DNA of 64,000 nucleotides, taken from IMG/VR virus record IMGVR_UViG_3300008108_000067, positions 26,890 to 90,889 of that record; one strand, given 5' to 3'. The DNA is from a virus. This document shows positions 62,269-64,000 of this stretch, one piece after another. Under the pieces are notes generated by a model. The model had not been told where the DNA came from. It did no database searches and was given only the letters and a program-made list of their open reading frames with translations. How positions within the stretch are numbered: the first letter of the stretch is position 1; each line of letters opens with the position of its first letter. The translations under genes were made by a program, and so were the position numbers.

Positions 62269-63818
62269 AACGTTACCCGTGAGCCAATCAGTAAGAAGTT
62301 TAAAGGTTTTTGTTGCGGTGTAATCATAACACGATGTGCTGCTGTCACGCCAAAACGGCGTGTTAATTTATAATCCCATCCACTACCTAACATCATGCTA
62401 ACGCTTGTGTTTGTTGTGAGTCCCGTCATGGAATTATATGCCACAGGACTACCCATTAAAAATACTTGGGGAGTTACTGTTACCCGAGGATTTATGATGA
62501 TGGGTGGGTGCATCCAGAATGCCACTGCTGATGTTGCCCAACTTGTATTGTACCCGTGAGTTTCTACAACTAAACTATCAGGCATATATGTTAGTGGAAT
62601 CTGGTACTTATCAAAAAATATACGACGAATTTCTGCACTGTCCGTAACGACATTACGCTGTCCATTCGGCATGAACAATCCAATAGCACCTAAACTGACA
62701 CCGTATACACCATATTTAGGATTGGGTTTTACCCAAGTATATCCGGTCATTTGCATCAATGTACCTTTTAAATAGGCACTGGTGCTACCAAATGAGTGGA
62801 TAGTGGTTAATTTTCCTTTTTTGAAACTCATCTTGGTATAGGATAATGACAAAGCACCTTGGTCTAATGTAGACCACAACATAGTGGTCGCGCCATAACT
62901 CTTGTCCCCTGCCAATGAGGATTGTGAAACACCCACAGTAATGATTTGTGACACACCACCAGCAGGATCTTGTCCTGTTGTTAAGTCGGATGCCACCATA
63001 AGAGGATTTACCCGTGCCTCATTTTTTTTCTTTTCATCTTTTTTATCTTCTTTCTTTTCTTCTTTTTTCTCTTCGGATTTTTCCTCTGATTTACTTTCTG
63101 ATTTGCTTTCTTCGGATTTACTTTCAGATTTACTCTCAGATTTACTTTCCGAACTACTTTCTGACTTTGCTTCTGCTTTGGCTTCCGTCTTGGTTTCACC
63201 GCTTGAACTACTGGAACTACCTGATGATGAACTACTTGACGAAGAACCGCCTGATGAGGATGATGAGCTACTAGGTGCAGGAGCGTCAGGCTTAGGTGCC
63301 GCCGGAGTTGGGGGTGGTGCTGTAGGTGCTGCTGAGGTGGCGGCACTTGATGCGGCGCCGGATGCAGCAGAACTAGCGGAGCTACTTGCCGCTCCTGATG
63401 CCGCACTTGATGCTGCACTAGATGCTGCCGATGACGCTGCGCTAGATGCGGCACTTGAAGCTGCCGATGACGCCGCACTAGATGCCGCAGCACTTGCCGC
63501 TGCTGTAGCGGCTGCCGCGGCGGCTTGTGTTGCTGCCTGTGTGGCGGCTTGTTGTACAACAGGATTGTTTGTAACAGGACATGGAGTACTCATAATTAAT
63601 TGATTAATCCATGTCATTAATTCACCAGCAGCTGCCTGCTGTGCCGTGAATACTTTTGCCTGATTTCGAAATACCACTGTTACGCCAACATTACCTAATG
63701 GGAACGTTGCGGTTTGTGCTACACCCGTACAAGGATCCAACCAAGTTTGTACAACAACTTGGGCATCAACCTTGACGGGTAATAGACATAATAATGCTAT
63801 TAAAAAAAATTTTTTCAT
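62265..63818 (-). CDS. Secreted protein with an Ala/Ser and Glu/Lys low-complexity linker and a beta-rich C-terminal domain
   Basis: Signal peptide; (SSAA)n, poly-Ser, (ESKS)n; alternating-strand C-terminus. Confidence 0.75.
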   Translation of the reverse strand: MKKFFLIALLCLLPVKVDAQVVVQTWLDPCTGVAQTATFPLGNVGVTVVFRNQAKVFTAQQAAAGELMTWINQLIMSTPCPVTNNPVVQQAATQAATQAAAAAATAAASAAASSAASSAASSAASSAASSAASSAASSAASGAASSSASSAASGAASSAATSAAPTAPPPTPAAPKPDAPAPSSSSSSSGGSSSSSSSSGSSSSSSGETKTEAKAEAKSESSSESKSESKSESKSEESKSESKSEEKSEEKKEEKKEDKKDEKKKNEARVNPLMVASDLTTGQDPAGGVSQIITVGVSQSSLAGDKSYGATTMLWSTLDQGALSLSYTKMSFKKGKLTTIHSFGSTSAYLKGTLMQMTGYTWVKPNPKYGVYGVSLGAIGLFMPNGQRNVVTDSAEIRRIFFDKYQIPLTYMPDSLVVETHGYNTSWATSAVAFWMHPPIIINPRVTVTPQVFLMGSPVAYNSMTGLTTNTSVSMMLGSGWDYKLTRRFGVTAAHRVMITPQQKPLNFLLIGSRVTL

Positions 63819-64000
63819 TTTCTAATTTTCATCACACTATCTTTGGAAACAATATGTGATGTAATGGATTGAGTTTTTATAGGAATATTTTCAAACACAT
63901 AGGCGGTGACTTCTTTTGTGGCACGAACTTCCACAATTTTCCAGCAATGTGTGGGAACAGCAACACGTTTAATTTGTTGACGAACACCCACACATCCTGC
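63815..64000 (-). CDS. Partial gene (5' end outside the window): DNA/RNA non-specific endonuclease
   Basis: Manual translation ...VAVPTHCWKIV...AYVFEN, like NucA-family C-termini. Confidence 0.7.
   Translation of the reverse strand, partial: AGCVGVRQQIKRVAVPTHCWKIVEVRATKEVTAYVFENIPIKTQSITSHIVSKDSVMKIRK

Noticed and set aside
63290-63550. DNA-level tandem repeat or VNTR
   Set aside because: The repetition is at protein level (SSAA) with varied synonymous codons
425-63603. Plus-strand ORFs in the six-frame track (e.g. 62902-63603, 32203-32787, 16637-17167)
   Set aside because: They lie antisense to well-supported minus-strand genes or RNA elements, and lack SD sites and recognisable motifs

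Overview
This window is part of the genome of a large, AT-rich, myovirus-like tailed phage. Every credible gene is on the minus strand. From left to right it contains: (1) small putative internal-head proteins and the terminase large subunit; (2) a 950-aa protein joining a ligase-like domain to a HIGH-type nucleotidyltransferase, a fused Mre11-Rad50 (gp47/gp46-like), a primase and a resolvase-like nuclease; (3) a ~19 kb tail/baseplate module (gp6-like wedge, gp25-like, gp5-like hub, Cys-repeat protein) with an embedded Pol-beta nucleotidyltransferase; (4) a late-sigma-like factor, a lysozyme-like protein, a frameshifted IMPDH/GMP reductase, GT2, UvsE and Hsp20; (5) an ~11 kb array of 27 tRNA genes (two degenerate), including the unusual Ser-ACT, Ile-TAT, Arg-TCG and a long-arm Cys, interleaved with about nine unrecognised structured RNA elements and small genes; (6) tmRNA, sugar-modification genes, PurA, amidase, lipase and secreted proteins. 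Two promoter classes are visible: TTGACA-N17-TATATT, and a coding-strand TATTTATA motif before structural operons. Promoter and Shine-Dalgarno usage, Ig-repeat lipoproteins and D-(S/T)-hydrophobic motifs suggest a non-Bacteroidia FCB-group host, possibly Gemmatimonadota (inference). The most novel-looking signal is the tRNA-punctuated set of structured ncRNAs, especially a 227-nt RNA with two tandem covarying domains. All calls are by manual motif recognition; no database searches were run.
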